64,000 nucleotides of DNA from Alphaproteobacteria bacterium (lineage in GTDB: Bacteria > Pseudomonadota > Alphaproteobacteria > RF32 > CAG-239). Below the pieces are notes generated by a model that was not told where the DNA came from, ran no database searches, and was given only the letters and a program-made list of their open reading frames with translations. Below are positions 40,601-49,664 of this stretch, piece by piece (the stretch's first letter is position 1; every line of letters begins with the position of its first letter). The stretch covers positions 30,422 through 94,421 of the forward strand of contig JAGBDC010000006.1 in NCBI GenBank assembly GCA_017937705.1, given 5' to 3'. A program made the translations under genes and the position numbers.

Positions 40601-40790
40601 TACCTACGGTATTAGCTACAACTTCGGCACTGGCACCGGGATATGATGCAGAAACCGTAATTGTCGGTGGAGTTACTTGCGGATATAAAGAAATTGGCAA
40701 AGAAAATAAGGAAATTATGCCGGCCAAAGTCAGCACAATCGAAATAACCATCGCAAAGCGAGGACGTTCAATAAATATCCTTGAAAACAT
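37671..40790 (-). CDS. RND (HAE1, AcrB-type) multidrug efflux permease
   Basis: 1039 aa, 12-transmembrane-segment layout, N-terminus [20 protein letters not shown] typical of AcrB/MexB-type pumps. Confidence 0.9.
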   Translation of the reverse strand: MFSRIFIERPRFAMVISIVLTLAGIISLFSLPISLYPQVTPPTITVSASYPGASAEVVANTVGIPLEEAVNGVEDMLYMDSKSDANGSYHLTVTFKVGVDPDLAQVKTQNRVQQALSKLPTEVQQHGVTVFRRSTDILGFLTARSPKGSMNALELSNYVQNNIKKNIIRVNGVGEANVYAPPLGMRVWLNADKIAALNMPVSAVANAIRSQNIQPSLGKVGAMPGDGTQQMVYTLQSTGRLNKVEDFENIIVRTNEEGGLVRLKDVARIEIGEEDYRAKSQFDLAPSVAIAVNLLSGANAIEAMNNLRKEMERLESMYPEDFELIVAYDATRYIKTSIEEVVWTLILTFVLVVFVCYIFLQDWRSTLVPTLTIPVSLFATFAVLLAMGFSLNILTLFGLVLAIGLVVDDAIVVVERVLFLMENENLSPKQATIKAMEQVSGAIIATTLVLLAIFVPIAFMGGITGKIYQQFAIAISASVSFSSLNALTLSPALCATMLRPLKPYTSGPMFWFSKALEKSRDKYTAITAFASKKISVIATILGLIIFCIYGILNIAQTAFIPEEDQGVFMIDMQLPEGASRERTEKVVERIAKIAKNETGVAHVMNISGMSMIGGGGENAAFMIVILDPWSERTDEALLSTNILNKIRAEIAKTTPEANVNLFEFPAIPGLGSTNGLDFRLQALNSSDPLLLDSALQMLLGRMNTSPYLSYAFSTYNAKTPQIFVDVNREKAESMKTSVGDIYGALGQYLGSSYINDVNFGTQVNKVVVQSDWPFRKDINSINNLYVKNTEGQMVPLGGMISLRKNLGPRVVTRYNQYPSATINAVARPGISTGEAMAGLEQLAKETLSEDYSFDWSGMSFQERENQGTIGTLILLAITFAYLFLVAQYESWSTPIPVLASVSVAMLGALLGLFIHSLPLSIYAQLGLVLLVGLAAKNAILIVEFSKEERERGTSIVKAAIVGLKERFRAVLMTAFTFILGVLPMVVATGAGANSRIAIGVPVFYGMLIGTAAGLIIIPMLYVLFQTITEKLFPKKEITE

Positions 40791-40792
40791 TT

Positions 40793-41947
40793 TTATTTTC
40801 CTTCTGTCTTAATTTCTTCTACTCTGACTTTTTTGCCATCGCTAACTTTTTGCAAGCCTTGTATGATAACTTTATCACCATCTTTTAAGCCTGATTTTAC
40901 AATTTGACGAGTTCCGAAAACTTCGCCTAATTCAACACGGCGTTGTTCTACCATATTGTCTTTATTGACAATCATTACATAGTTGCCATGCTCATCTTGT
41001 CCTACAGAAGCTTGTGATATGGTTAAAGCATTTTTAGTTATACCGGCATCTACATCTAAATTTACATAACTTCCCGGAACCAATACACCATCGCTGTTAT
41101 CAAATTCGGCATAAACAGCCAATGTTGCAGTTGCTGTATCAATAGAATTGTCAACAAACTCGTCTGTAGATGTTTTTCTTATAACTTCACCATTTGGCAA
41201 TTCTACACGAACATTCAAATGTGTATCACCGGCACGATTTTGTAAAAAGTTTGTAATTTGTTTGTCTGTAACCGAAAAAGTTATTCTTATCGGATTTACT
41301 TGAACAACTGATGCTAAAATTCCGGTTGCAGAACTTACATAGTTACCTTCAGTAACTTTTGCTTTACCTATTTTTCCGGAAAAAGGAGCCTTGATTTCGG
41401 CATGGTTTAAATCTATTTTGGCTAAAGAATAATTTGCTTCAGCTTGTTTTACGGCTGCTTGTGCCTGTAACAAACTTGAATATGCTTCATCAAGTTTTGC
41501 TTCAGAAGCATATTTTTGTTGATTCAATGATTTTTGACGATGATAATCTTTTTCAATTCTGGTTAAACTGGCTTTTGCAGAATCTAATTCTGCTTTACGC
41601 AAATCTGCGGTTGCTTGGTATTTTTGTTTTTCAATAACAAACAAAACATCGCCTTCATTAACCATAGACCCTTCGGTAAATGTAACTTTTTCCATATACC
41701 CGCTAACTTGAGGTTGTAGGCTTACCGAATTGATGGCATCAACCTTACCGATAAAGTTTTGAGACGGAGTAATATCTTGTTTTTTAACGGTTTCAACCAA
41801 AACCATAGGCTCACCGGCCCCTCCCATTGCTCCCATCATTGATGGTGGTGTAAAACGAGCTTTTAAAAACCATCCGGCAGTAACACACAAACCGATTAAT
41901 AAAAACTGTTTTAATATTTTTCTATTACTCATCTGTCCTGTTTTCAT
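40793..41947 (-). CDS. RND efflux periplasmic adaptor (AcrA-type membrane fusion protein)
   Basis: Signal/anchor, lipoyl-like and coiled-coil hairpin regions. Immediately upstream of the pump gene with a 2-nt gap. Confidence 0.85.
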   Translation of the reverse strand: MKTGQMSNRKILKQFLLIGLCVTAGWFLKARFTPPSMMGAMGGAGEPMVLVETVKKQDITPSQNFIGKVDAINSVSLQPQVSGYMEKVTFTEGSMVNEGDVLFVIEKQKYQATADLRKAELDSAKASLTRIEKDYHRQKSLNQQKYASEAKLDEAYSSLLQAQAAVKQAEANYSLAKIDLNHAEIKAPFSGKIGKAKVTEGNYVSSATGILASVVQVNPIRITFSVTDKQITNFLQNRAGDTHLNVRVELPNGEVIRKTSTDEFVDNSIDTATATLAVYAEFDNSDGVLVPGSYVNLDVDAGITKNALTISQASVGQDEHGNYVMIVNKDNMVEQRRVELGEVFGTRQIVKSGLKDGDKVIIQGLQKVSDGKKVRVEEIKTEGK

Positions 41948-41948
41948 T

Positions 41949-42572
41949 TTATTTTCCTTCTTTTTTTAGCCAGTTTAATATTATATCCAAACCATTAATA
42001 AAATTTTTTGCAATACTGAAATCAGCATTGCGTTCCGACACGTAGAAGTGTATTGCACCTTTCCACATATTGGCAATAATTTGAGCTGTTTCTTTTATGT
42101 CAATCGTCGGAGATATTTCTCCATTTTTTTGAGCCGATAATAAAGCATTATAAACTGTTGTAACGTGAAATTTTCGAATATCGCCCAGTTCTGATAAAAC
42201 TTTGTTAAAAATAGCATCAGACCATTCGACCTGTAACATTGTAAAAAATATAAATTTTTGCAATGCCGGATGTGTTTCCAAATAGTTGGCTTCAAAAGCA
42301 AAAAAATCTCGCAATTCTTGCAAATTTGCAGGAGAAGGATTGTTCCCTCTTGAGTTTTTTGCTTTTATCTCTAAACGTTGTTTAATCAGCTCAACCAGCA
42401 AATCACCTTTATCTTTAAAATGCCAATATACCGCACCTTTAGTCATGCCTATCCGTGTGGCAATATCATCAAAAGATGTTTTGGAGAAACCTTTTTCATA
42501 AAAACAATCAAGGGCAGCCTGTAAAATCTGCAACCTTGTGTTTTCTTTTTCCTCTTTGGTTTTACGAACCAT
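41949..42572 (-). CDS. TetR/AcrR-family transcriptional regulator
   Basis: HTH block TSFDDIATRIGMTKGAVYWHFKDK. First gene of the efflux operon. Confidence 0.85.
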   Translation of the reverse strand: MVRKTKEEKENTRLQILQAALDCFYEKGFSKTSFDDIATRIGMTKGAVYWHFKDKGDLLVELIKQRLEIKAKNSRGNNPSPANLQELRDFFAFEANYLETHPALQKFIFFTMLQVEWSDAIFNKVLSELGDIRKFHVTTVYNALLSAQKNGEISPTIDIKETAQIIANMWKGAIHFYVSERNADFSIAKNFINGLDIILNWLKKEGK

Positions 42573-42588
42573 AACAGCCCCGTTTATT

Positions 42589-42612
42589 TATACATTCCGG
42601 TAGGTATGTATA
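42589..42612. promoter_or_regulatory. candidate TetR operator (TATACAT-N10-ATGTATA)
   Basis: 7-bp inverted repeat 17 nt upstream of the regulator start codon. Confidence 0.35.
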
Positions 42613-42661
42613 TCATTTTTAACTTTAAATCAAGCTAAAAATATAAAACAGTCAACAATTT

Positions 42662-43651
42662 TTATTTTTTATGACCACCATAGCCTTTACCTATTGTTCG
42701 TCCGATAGAAATAATCTTTTTACCGACATCACTTTGAGCATGCGTAGAAGCAACATCGGCATTGTTTTTCCCCGGATAAAGCTGATAAAGTTTTCTATAT
42801 TCGCCCGAGTTAACATTAGGCATAACAACATTCGCACCGGCCTGCAAAGCCATAATTCTGCCCTGAGGATGTAAAGTTTCCATTGCGGTAGTTGCCGGAA
42901 TATTTATATCAGGCAATAATAGACGCATAATCGCCATCGTTCTCAAGGCTAAATTAAGCGCCCCCCCCTGTTCTTTTCCCAATGGCGTTTGAGGATGAGG
43001 AATAAATGGACCGATACCTGACATATCTACCTCAATATCTCGTAAAAAAATCAAGTCATCAGCGATTGACTCAATGGATTGATTCGGCAAACCCACCATA
43101 ATTCCCGAACCTAATTCATATCCAAGCTCCTTTATCATCATAAGGCAATCATATCGATTTTGCCAGCTCATATTCGGATCAAGTTTGTGGTATAAATCTT
43201 TGTCGGTTGTTTCTATTCTCATCAAATATCTGTCTGCTCCGGCCTCACGAAAAGCCTTATATTCTTCATAAGAACGTTCACCGATACTTAAGGTCACGGC
43301 TACATCAAATTTTTTGATTTCTCTAATAATGTGACACATTCTATCGATATTATAATACATATCTTCGCCTGATTGCATCACGATAGTCTTAAATCCCATA
43401 TCTGCGGCTTGTTTGGCTGTTGCAATAATTTCTTCCGGCTCCATTCTGTATCTTTGAGCTTCTTTATTACCGCTTCTGATACCGCAATATAAACAATTAT
43501 TGCGACATATATTTGAAAATTCTATCAATCCGCGCAAATGAACTTCGTCACCGACATATTGTTTACGAATTTTGTCTGCCTGTTTAAACAAATCATCTTG
43601 ATTTTTTTCATCGCTTAACAAAGCTACAATTTCTTTTTTATTCAAGGTCAT
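42662..43651 (-). CDS. hydE: [FeFe]-hydrogenase maturase HydE-type radical SAM protein
   Basis: CRNNCLYCGIR CX3CX2C motif. Extended similarity as I recall the Thermotoga HydE sequence (YVGDEVHLRGLIEFSN, TIVMQSGED, GADRYLMRIET, NIPATTAM, LYQLYPGK). Confidence 0.8.
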   Translation of the reverse strand: MTLNKKEIVALLSDEKNQDDLFKQADKIRKQYVGDEVHLRGLIEFSNICRNNCLYCGIRSGNKEAQRYRMEPEEIIATAKQAADMGFKTIVMQSGEDMYYNIDRMCHIIREIKKFDVAVTLSIGERSYEEYKAFREAGADRYLMRIETTDKDLYHKLDPNMSWQNRYDCLMMIKELGYELGSGIMVGLPNQSIESIADDLIFLRDIEVDMSGIGPFIPHPQTPLGKEQGGALNLALRTMAIMRLLLPDINIPATTAMETLHPQGRIMALQAGANVVMPNVNSGEYRKLYQLYPGKNNADVASTHAQSDVGKKIISIGRTIGKGYGGHKK

Positions 43652-43711
43652 ATCATACTCCCGTCGTGCAGATTAAAGTATTTTTTTTACATAGGCAATA
43701 TTTTTTTGAGG

Positions 43712-43740
43712 TTGACGAATAGCTTTATTTGGCATATATC
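43712..43740 (+). promoter_or_regulatory. putative promoter (TTGACG-17 nt-TATATC) of the Cys-rich small ORF
   Basis: -35 at 43712-43717 and -10 at 43735-43740, 30 nt upstream of the ATG. Confidence 0.5.
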
Positions 43741-43771
43741 TTGCGTAGAAGCAAACTAAAGGAGAGTAAGA

Positions 43772-43936
43772 ATGAGAAACTGTAATAATCCCGATTGTAA
43801 ATGTGAAAACTGCCAATGTGGCGATGATTGTCAATGTGGCAAAGACGGCGAATGCAAATGCCCTAATTGTGAAGAAAAAAAAGCAAAAGAAGAAAAACCG
43901 ACAAAAAAGCGTTGTTGCTGTCGTAAAAAACAATAA
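43772..43936 (+). CDS. 54-aa cysteine-rich metallothionein-like protein (below the ORF-track cutoff)
   Basis: AGGAGA RBS at 43760-43765. Sequence MRNCNNPDCKCENCQCGDDCQCGKDGECKCPNCEEKKAKEEKPTKKRCCCRKKQ, with 13 Cys in CxC/CxxC spacing and no aromatic residues or His. It has its own promoter and terminator. Confidence 0.6.
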   Translation: MRNCNNPDCKCENCQCGDDCQCGKDGECKCPNCEEKKAKEEKPTKKRCCCRKKQ

Positions 43937-43940
43937 TCAA

Positions 43941-43977
43941 ACAAAAAACTCGGGATTTTTCAATCCCGAGTTTTTTG
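43941..43977. terminator. bidirectional intrinsic terminator (copy 1 of an identical 37-nt module)
   Basis: ACAAAAAACTCGGGATTTTTCAATCCCGAGTTTTTTG, with CTCGGGATT/AATCCCGAG stem. It serves the small + ORF and the 1514-aa minus-strand gene. Confidence 0.8.
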
Positions 43978-43980
43978 TTA

Positions 43981-46900
43981 CTACCTCTCGTATTTTTCTT
44001 GAAGTTTTCTGGAGTGCTCTCTGAAATCTTTTCCGGCACCTCTTTCGCCTTCTACATGTTTTCCGCCCAACAGAGCAGCGTTCATATCAAAGGTTTTTAC
44101 CTTACTTTCTTCTTTTTGATAGTGTCTGTCAAGTTTCGGATTGAGATGTATATTACGAGAATGTTTATAAGCATCTCCTCCGGCAATTGTCATGTCAGCA
44201 TATTCGGTAAAGTGACTTAAGGTAATTGCATTTATATAATTATCTCTGGTCAAATTACTTTGCATCAAACTTTGACGAACTTCTCCGATAATTGTTGCGT
44301 GAGATCTTGTATCTTTAGCTTTCCTTATTTCGTAGTCTTTTTTGATACGATTCACATCTTTAGTATCCCCATTTTTCATGTGAGGAAGATTTTTTTCAAC
44401 AATCTCATCAAGTTTAGCTCGACGATCAAGTAAAAACTGATTCATATCTTTATCAGGAGCGGCTACTTTTCGCTCTTCTTCAACACGAGCACAATAGTTC
44501 AACCATTGCTGATTCTTACCCTCTTCCGTAATAGGAGCAATACCATAGACAATTTTATATTCATCTAACAGCATTTTTTCAATGTCCGGATTTACCGGAG
44601 GAATAGGATCCGGTTCTGGTCTTGGAGGAACTGGTGGAACCGGCGGTTCTGGTCTCGGTTTTGGTCTTGGAGGAACTGGTTTTGGTTGTGGTTGTGGTTC
44701 AGCTTTTGCTTCTACTTTATCTGCTTTTGCCCCCGGACGGAATTTCTCTTTCAGTTTCTTAATCCAACCAAATCCGAACATACCGCCGGCAACTTCCGGA
44801 GTATCATTGACCATATTAGGTGTTTCTATAGTTGTTGTTTCTATTCCAATACCTGTGTCATGCGGAGCATAAGAATGTAAATCATTACCTAAGCCCGGAA
44901 TTAAATTTGAATGTCCGTCCGCTCCAGTAACACTTTGAATATTATCAATGATTTTTGCACCTTCCGGAGTAAGTTCTCCATTAAGCAATCCGTTCAATAC
45001 TTCTCGATAATCTCCACCCATTGCCTCCATAACACTCTTACCTGCAAACTCCCCTTCAGGAATTATATAGTCTACGTTACGGTGTAAACGTTCAAATGCG
45101 GCTAATTTACGAAGTATAACTTCTTCATTACCAACGCCTTCTTTCCACCCTAATTCAGGCATATTCTCTTTCAAAGCATTAATAGCATTATCATGTTGTT
45201 CCGGTGTAAACCAATTTTGTTGAGTATAATTATCCGGATTTCGATATGCCGGTATATCATGAGGTCCTTCTCCGGTATATTCATACATAGAATTTGCATT
45301 ATTTCTATCGGTAACGGTTTGAATATGATCATCAGAATATGTTTTTACATCAGGACCTTCGGAAACATTAACACCTTCTTGGTGCTGTGTCGGAGTTACA
45401 TCATGAGTCATCGCATCATGTCTTCCCCACAAACTACCTCCTACTGCTGCCATACCGTTTACAGCACCCAACAAACCGGATACGACACGACCATGTCCGG
45501 AAATTCGGTTATCTTTATATACCTGCACCATTCTACTGGCTGCTCCTAAAGACATAGAACCTGCAATACATGCTGTTGAAGCAGCTATTGCCGGACCAGC
45601 CATTTCGGGAGCATTAACACAACAAATTGCGGCAGAACCGATTGCTAGTGCCGAAGTGGCCAATTGGGCATGGAACATTTTGTCTTTCTTAAACTCTTTC
45701 CAGCCATATTTCTTACCTTCGGCTTTTGCTTGTTTTTTCTTGCGGTGAATTTGCCATATTGCAACACCTGTCGAAATTGTAACAGCCGCTCCCAGAGCAA
45801 CAGCATTACTGACTGCTCCGACACCTCCGGTTCCGACAATATTACCCAATGTTCTACCGGCAAGGTAACCTACTCCAAGAGTTACACCGGCACCTAATAA
45901 CGAACGTTTGATAGAGCCTGCTTTAGCCTGTTTTACACTCATTCCTCTATTTTTAGCCTTTTTGTCTATCTTCTTGATTTGATCAAAAAGCTTGGCTTTG
46001 ATAAAATGAGTATTAGCTCGACCTAATTTACTATCTAAACGATTGGCATAAACCTCAACTTGATTAACTTGTCGGTCAATTGCTGAAGAATAAGCTTGGG
46101 GAGAAATAGATACTCCTTCTTTTAGTTGTTGTTCAAAATTTGCAAATTCTTGATCTTTGTCCGAGGTAAATTTATCCGGATTTTCATAATGATTTCTGAT
46201 TGCATCTTCATTATGAATTTCAAACAATTTAAATGGTATTCTGTCTTTTAATTGCTCTACCATAAACTCTTTGTTGAGTTTTTCTTTAGAGCCCAGATTT
46301 TGCATCAAAACATCGTTACCAGCCAGTTGTAAAACAGTTTCAAGTTGACTGTCCGGAGCAACAACCATTCCCGGTTTCCAAACATCACTCATACGAGCCG
46401 GATCATTTTCGTCTTTTGTAGGATCAACAAATTGAGGTATCGGCTTGCCTTCATTGTCGGTAAATTTAAAGTTGCTGACAGTTTCAAGAATATCCTTACC
46501 TAAAGTTTCTTCATCAAACTTGACATCATTGAGAATTTTTGTGCCATCATGTATTCTTTGAGCAAAGTCAATCGACGTATCTTTAGGATTTTCACCGCTT
46601 GGAATATTCCACATTTCATCAAACGGCTTAACCTTTTCATCCATCTTTTCGGTGGATTGTTTGATAGAATCTATTTTATCATTATTTGCTTTAATTTCTG
46701 CTTCTATCTCAGCAATTCTTTCAGCATCTTTATTTTTATTGAGCCATTTCTTTTCTTTTTCAAGTCGATTATTTTCTTCTTCTATTTCTTGCGAACGAAC
46801 CCTAAACATGTGCATATAGCCGTCATAAGCATCAGCAACATTAGTTACGTCTACTAAATATAAATTTTCATCATTTGCAAAATTGCTTTGCAAAGTATCT

Positions 46901-48525
46901 ATTTGTTCACGGACAATATTAAGCTTACTTTCTAAAGCTGCTTTTTCTTCTCCTTCAGCTTTTTTCATACGTTCTTGTAAATTTTGATGTGCGAATACAG
47001 CTAATTCCGGTGTTAATAAATCAGCATCTTCAACATTTAAAAGTTTGTCTACAACTCTGGCTTTATATTCTTTGGGTTTCTTAACTTTTGCTTCTGATTC
47101 TGCAACAAACATAAATGCATCTTGAGCGGCAGCCAAGTCTTCCCCAAATAATGCAGCAGAATGTTTATCTGCATCCTCTCTACTGATAATCTCCATATCA
47201 GCCAATACATCTAAAGATTTTGATGCCAAACGTTGACTTTCCGTAAAGTTATGAGGACTTCTGATACGAACATCTTGGGTATTTTGCTGTTCACTTGTCT
47301 TTCCTTGCTGAATATCGGCTGTTTTTTCTTGTTTTTCATTTCCTTGATTAACAACACCATCGACTTGTTCGTCTATCATCAGCTCATCATTGTCACCGAT
47401 TGTTCCTGATACATTTGTCGGCTGTTCATTTTTTATATCTTCAGCGAGAGCTACAGCTCCAATTCCTGCGGCTGCAACACCGGCTACTGCCGCTAAATCT
47501 TTTTCGGCAAAGGCTTCTTTAGCTTTTTTGTTAGCTGTTCTTTCAAAATCCTTATCTAATTTTTCTTTAGCCTTGCGTCTGTCATAATCTGTTTTTAGTG
47601 TCGGATTATGATCAATATATTCGTACAAAATACTCCACTGTTCCGCTGTTCGGTTTTGTCCGGCTACATTTGAACGAATATAACGATTATTTTCTTGCAA
47701 GTATGCAACTCTGTCTTTGTTTTGCTCTTGTTCAGGCTCTGTTTTCACAGACTGCGGATTCAATTTTTCATAAGCCAAACGTTGTCCGGCTAATTGAGCC
47801 TCCGAGGTCAGATCATATTTATTACCACTTTCATGACTTTGAAGATTTCCTTTAGCATCTGCAATATATTCTTTACCGAATTTACTGATAAACACCCCCA
47901 TCGGAGCTATTGCGTCAGGAGTGACATGAATACGTCCTTCTCCGTAATCTTTAATAATTTTCGAACATAATTGAACATGTTCTGCAAAAAGTTTTTGATG
48001 AGTTTCTTCATAATTGGGGTTAGCAGCTTTGAGTATATCGCTATTTTGAACTTCATCCGGACGCTGTAAATATATATCCATTTGTTTCATCAACAATTCT
48101 ATGTCTTCGGCATTATATTCCGTTTTCACACCATCCATAGATTTAGCTTCCATACCTTTCATCATCGATGTAACTCTATCGGCAATTTCTTCATGAGAAG
48201 AATTTTCGGCTGTTGTATAGTCAGAATATACGGTTGTTCCTACTGTATCATTAAACTTTTCGACGGCTTGTTTCTTTTCTTCTTCGGTAGATGCATTTTC
48301 CAAACTTTTTTTCAATTCATCAATGGCATCATTGAGTTTTTTATTTTCTTCTTGTTTGGATGACTTTTCTTTTTTCAGTTCATAAATTTTAGCTAAAATT
48401 TCTTCTCGCTTTGCTTCGCTAATACCGGAAACTTGGTTCAAATCATATCCGCTATTTAGCAACAATCCCAAATCGTCATTAGATATTCCTAAATCTGTAA
48501 GAGAATAAGTTCTTGCATCAGCCAT
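43981..48525 (-). CDS. 1514-aa protein of unknown function (paralogue of 53950-56127)
   Basis: Uninterrupted ORF with no signal peptide. Coiled-coil-like Lys/Glu regions, Gly/Ala-rich hydrophobic segments (aa 343-361 and 875-1033) and a Pro-rich tract (aa 1276-1314). Confidence 0.8.
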   Translation of the reverse strand: MADARTYSLTDLGISNDDLGLLLNSGYDLNQVSGISEAKREEILAKIYELKKEKSSKQEENKKLNDAIDELKKSLENASTEEEKKQAVEKFNDTVGTTVYSDYTTAENSSHEEIADRVTSMMKGMEAKSMDGVKTEYNAEDIELLMKQMDIYLQRPDEVQNSDILKAANPNYEETHQKLFAEHVQLCSKIIKDYGEGRIHVTPDAIAPMGVFISKFGKEYIADAKGNLQSHESGNKYDLTSEAQLAGQRLAYEKLNPQSVKTEPEQEQNKDRVAYLQENNRYIRSNVAGQNRTAEQWSILYEYIDHNPTLKTDYDRRKAKEKLDKDFERTANKKAKEAFAEKDLAAVAGVAAAGIGAVALAEDIKNEQPTNVSGTIGDNDELMIDEQVDGVVNQGNEKQEKTADIQQGKTSEQQNTQDVRIRSPHNFTESQRLASKSLDVLADMEIISREDADKHSAALFGEDLAAAQDAFMFVAESEAKVKKPKEYKARVVDKLLNVEDADLLTPELAVFAHQNLQERMKKAEGEEKAALESKLNIVREQIDTLQSNFANDENLYLVDVTNVADAYDGYMHMFRVRSQEIEEENNRLEKEKKWLNKNKDAERIAEIEAEIKANNDKIDSIKQSTEKMDEKVKPFDEMWNIPSGENPKDTSIDFAQRIHDGTKILNDVKFDEETLGKDILETVSNFKFTDNEGKPIPQFVDPTKDENDPARMSDVWKPGMVVAPDSQLETVLQLAGNDVLMQNLGSKEKLNKEFMVEQLKDRIPFKLFEIHNEDAIRNHYENPDKFTSDKDQEFANFEQQLKEGVSISPQAYSSAIDRQVNQVEVYANRLDSKLGRANTHFIKAKLFDQIKKIDKKAKNRGMSVKQAKAGSIKRSLLGAGVTLGVGYLAGRTLGNIVGTGGVGAVSNAVALGAAVTISTGVAIWQIHRKKKQAKAEGKKYGWKEFKKDKMFHAQLATSALAIGSAAICCVNAPEMAGPAIAASTACIAGSMSLGAASRMVQVYKDNRISGHGRVVSGLLGAVNGMAAVGGSLWGRHDAMTHDVTPTQHQEGVNVSEGPDVKTYSDDHIQTVTDRNNANSMYEYTGEGPHDIPAYRNPDNYTQQNWFTPEQHDNAINALKENMPELGWKEGVGNEEVILRKLAAFERLHRNVDYIIPEGEFAGKSVMEAMGGDYREVLNGLLNGELTPEGAKIIDNIQSVTGADGHSNLIPGLGNDLHSYAPHDTGIGIETTTIETPNMVNDTPEVAGGMFGFGWIKKLKEKFRPGAKADKVEAKAEPQPQPKPVPPRPKPRPEPPVPPVPPRPEPDPIPPVNPDIEKMLLDEYKIVYGIAPITEEGKNQQWLNYCARVEEERKVAAPDKDMNQFLLDRRAKLDEIVEKNLPHMKNGDTKDVNRIKKDYEIRKAKDTRSHATIIGEVRQSLMQSNLTRDNYINAITLSHFTEYADMTIAGGDAYKHSRNIHLNPKLDRHYQKEESKVKTFDMNAALLGGKHVEGERGAGKDFREHSRKLQEKYER

Positions 48526-48629
48526 AGTAACAACCTTTCAATAATAAAATTAGCCAATTTATTGCATATTATCATACTTTTTTAAAAAGTAAAAGCTTTT
48601 TTGTCTATTTTGCATTAAATTTATATTAC

Positions 48630-48653
48630 AAAAAAGCACCGTTTAAGGTGCCT
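48630..48653 (-). terminator. intrinsic terminator after the yihY-like gene
   Basis: GCACC/GGTGC short stem followed by T6 on the minus strand. Confidence 0.45.
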
Positions 48654-48657
48654 TTTT

Positions 48658-49569
48658 CTATTCGGTTATAATCCTTTGTCCTTTTTTACCGGCAACAATA
48701 ACCTTTTTTATCTCCATTTTATTAAGTTGGCGATATTCGTCGAGTGAAGCTGTTACGACCGCCCCAAACAAAACCACCGCCCAAGACAAATACATCCAAA
48801 TCAGAAATATCGGAATTATTGCCAAAGCTCCGTAAAGAGTGGAATATGTCGTATTTGACATTACGAAGGAACCAAATCCCAACCTTAAGAAAGCAAATAA
48901 GATTACGGCAACAACCGCTCCGCCAAAAGCATTTAATATCGAAACTTTTTTGTTAGGCACTAAAACATATACCAACATCAAGGTCGCAATAGTTATAAGC
49001 GGAGGAATAAAATAGCCGATTACAAATTGTGAAGTTTCTCCATCAACATCTACAAATTTTTTGAGTGTATATAAATATCCTCTCATTGAAAACGCCGTTC
49101 CCAAAAGCAGCGGCCCTAATGTTATAACCGTCCAATAGAGTGTTACTTTAGTGGCAATCGGACGAGGCTGCGTTACCTTGAATATATAGTTAAAACTGTC
49201 TTCAATAGTCGACAACAACAAAATCGCCGTAACGGCAATACCGCTAACGCCCATTGTTCCGAGCTGTCCGGAGTTTTTGACAATAACTTCAAGATATTGT
49301 CTGATTTCTTCTTCAAATGACGGAGTCAAATTTTTAAATAAGAAATCGGCTAATTGTGCTCTAATCGGATCAAATACCGGAAAAGCCGAGAAAATGGCGA
49401 TACCGATAGCAAGCAGAGGAACAATGGCAATAAGCGATGTGTATGCCAAAGAAGAAGCAACTCTGAAAACCGCATCAGCTTTTGCTCTTTTAGTTAAAAA
49501 AAACACAAAATCAGAAAAAAGTTTGACCTTTTTTGATATAAGGTTTTTAAACTCCATAATCCACCTCAA
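48658..49569 (-). CDS. YihY/BrkB-family membrane protein
   Basis: RVASSLAYTSLIAIVPLLAI signature region and a polytopic membrane profile. Confidence 0.8.
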   Translation of the reverse strand: MRWIMEFKNLISKKVKLFSDFVFFLTKRAKADAVFRVASSLAYTSLIAIVPLLAIGIAIFSAFPVFDPIRAQLADFLFKNLTPSFEEEIRQYLEVIVKNSGQLGTMGVSGIAVTAILLLSTIEDSFNYIFKVTQPRPIATKVTLYWTVITLGPLLLGTAFSMRGYLYTLKKFVDVDGETSQFVIGYFIPPLITIATLMLVYVLVPNKKVSILNAFGGAVVAVILFAFLRLGFGSFVMSNTTYSTLYGALAIIPIFLIWMYLSWAVVLFGAVVTASLDEYRQLNKMEIKKVIVAGKKGQRIITE

Positions 49570-49664
49570 ATAAAAAAACAGTTTACAAAAAAAATTAAAT
49601 CCTATAAATATTCAATCAAGTTCACTTAATATAATAGTTTAATAATAAAAGCAAAGGAAAAAAA

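Noticed and set aside
43652-43936. Cys-rich peptide as a RiPP precursor modified by the adjacent radical SAM enzyme
   Set aside because: The radical SAM protein looks like a bona fide HydE-type enzyme, with no SPASM or peptide-recognition domain that I can see. The genes are divergent rather than co-transcribed. A metallothionein-like reading is simpler. It is kept only as a remote possibility.
44582-45549. Plus-strand ORFs inside the 1514-aa gene, including a Gly-rich 96-aa ORF
   Set aside because: The Gly-rich ORF is simply the antisense reading of the Pro-rich tract. The others are antisense chance ORFs inside a long uninterrupted coding frame.
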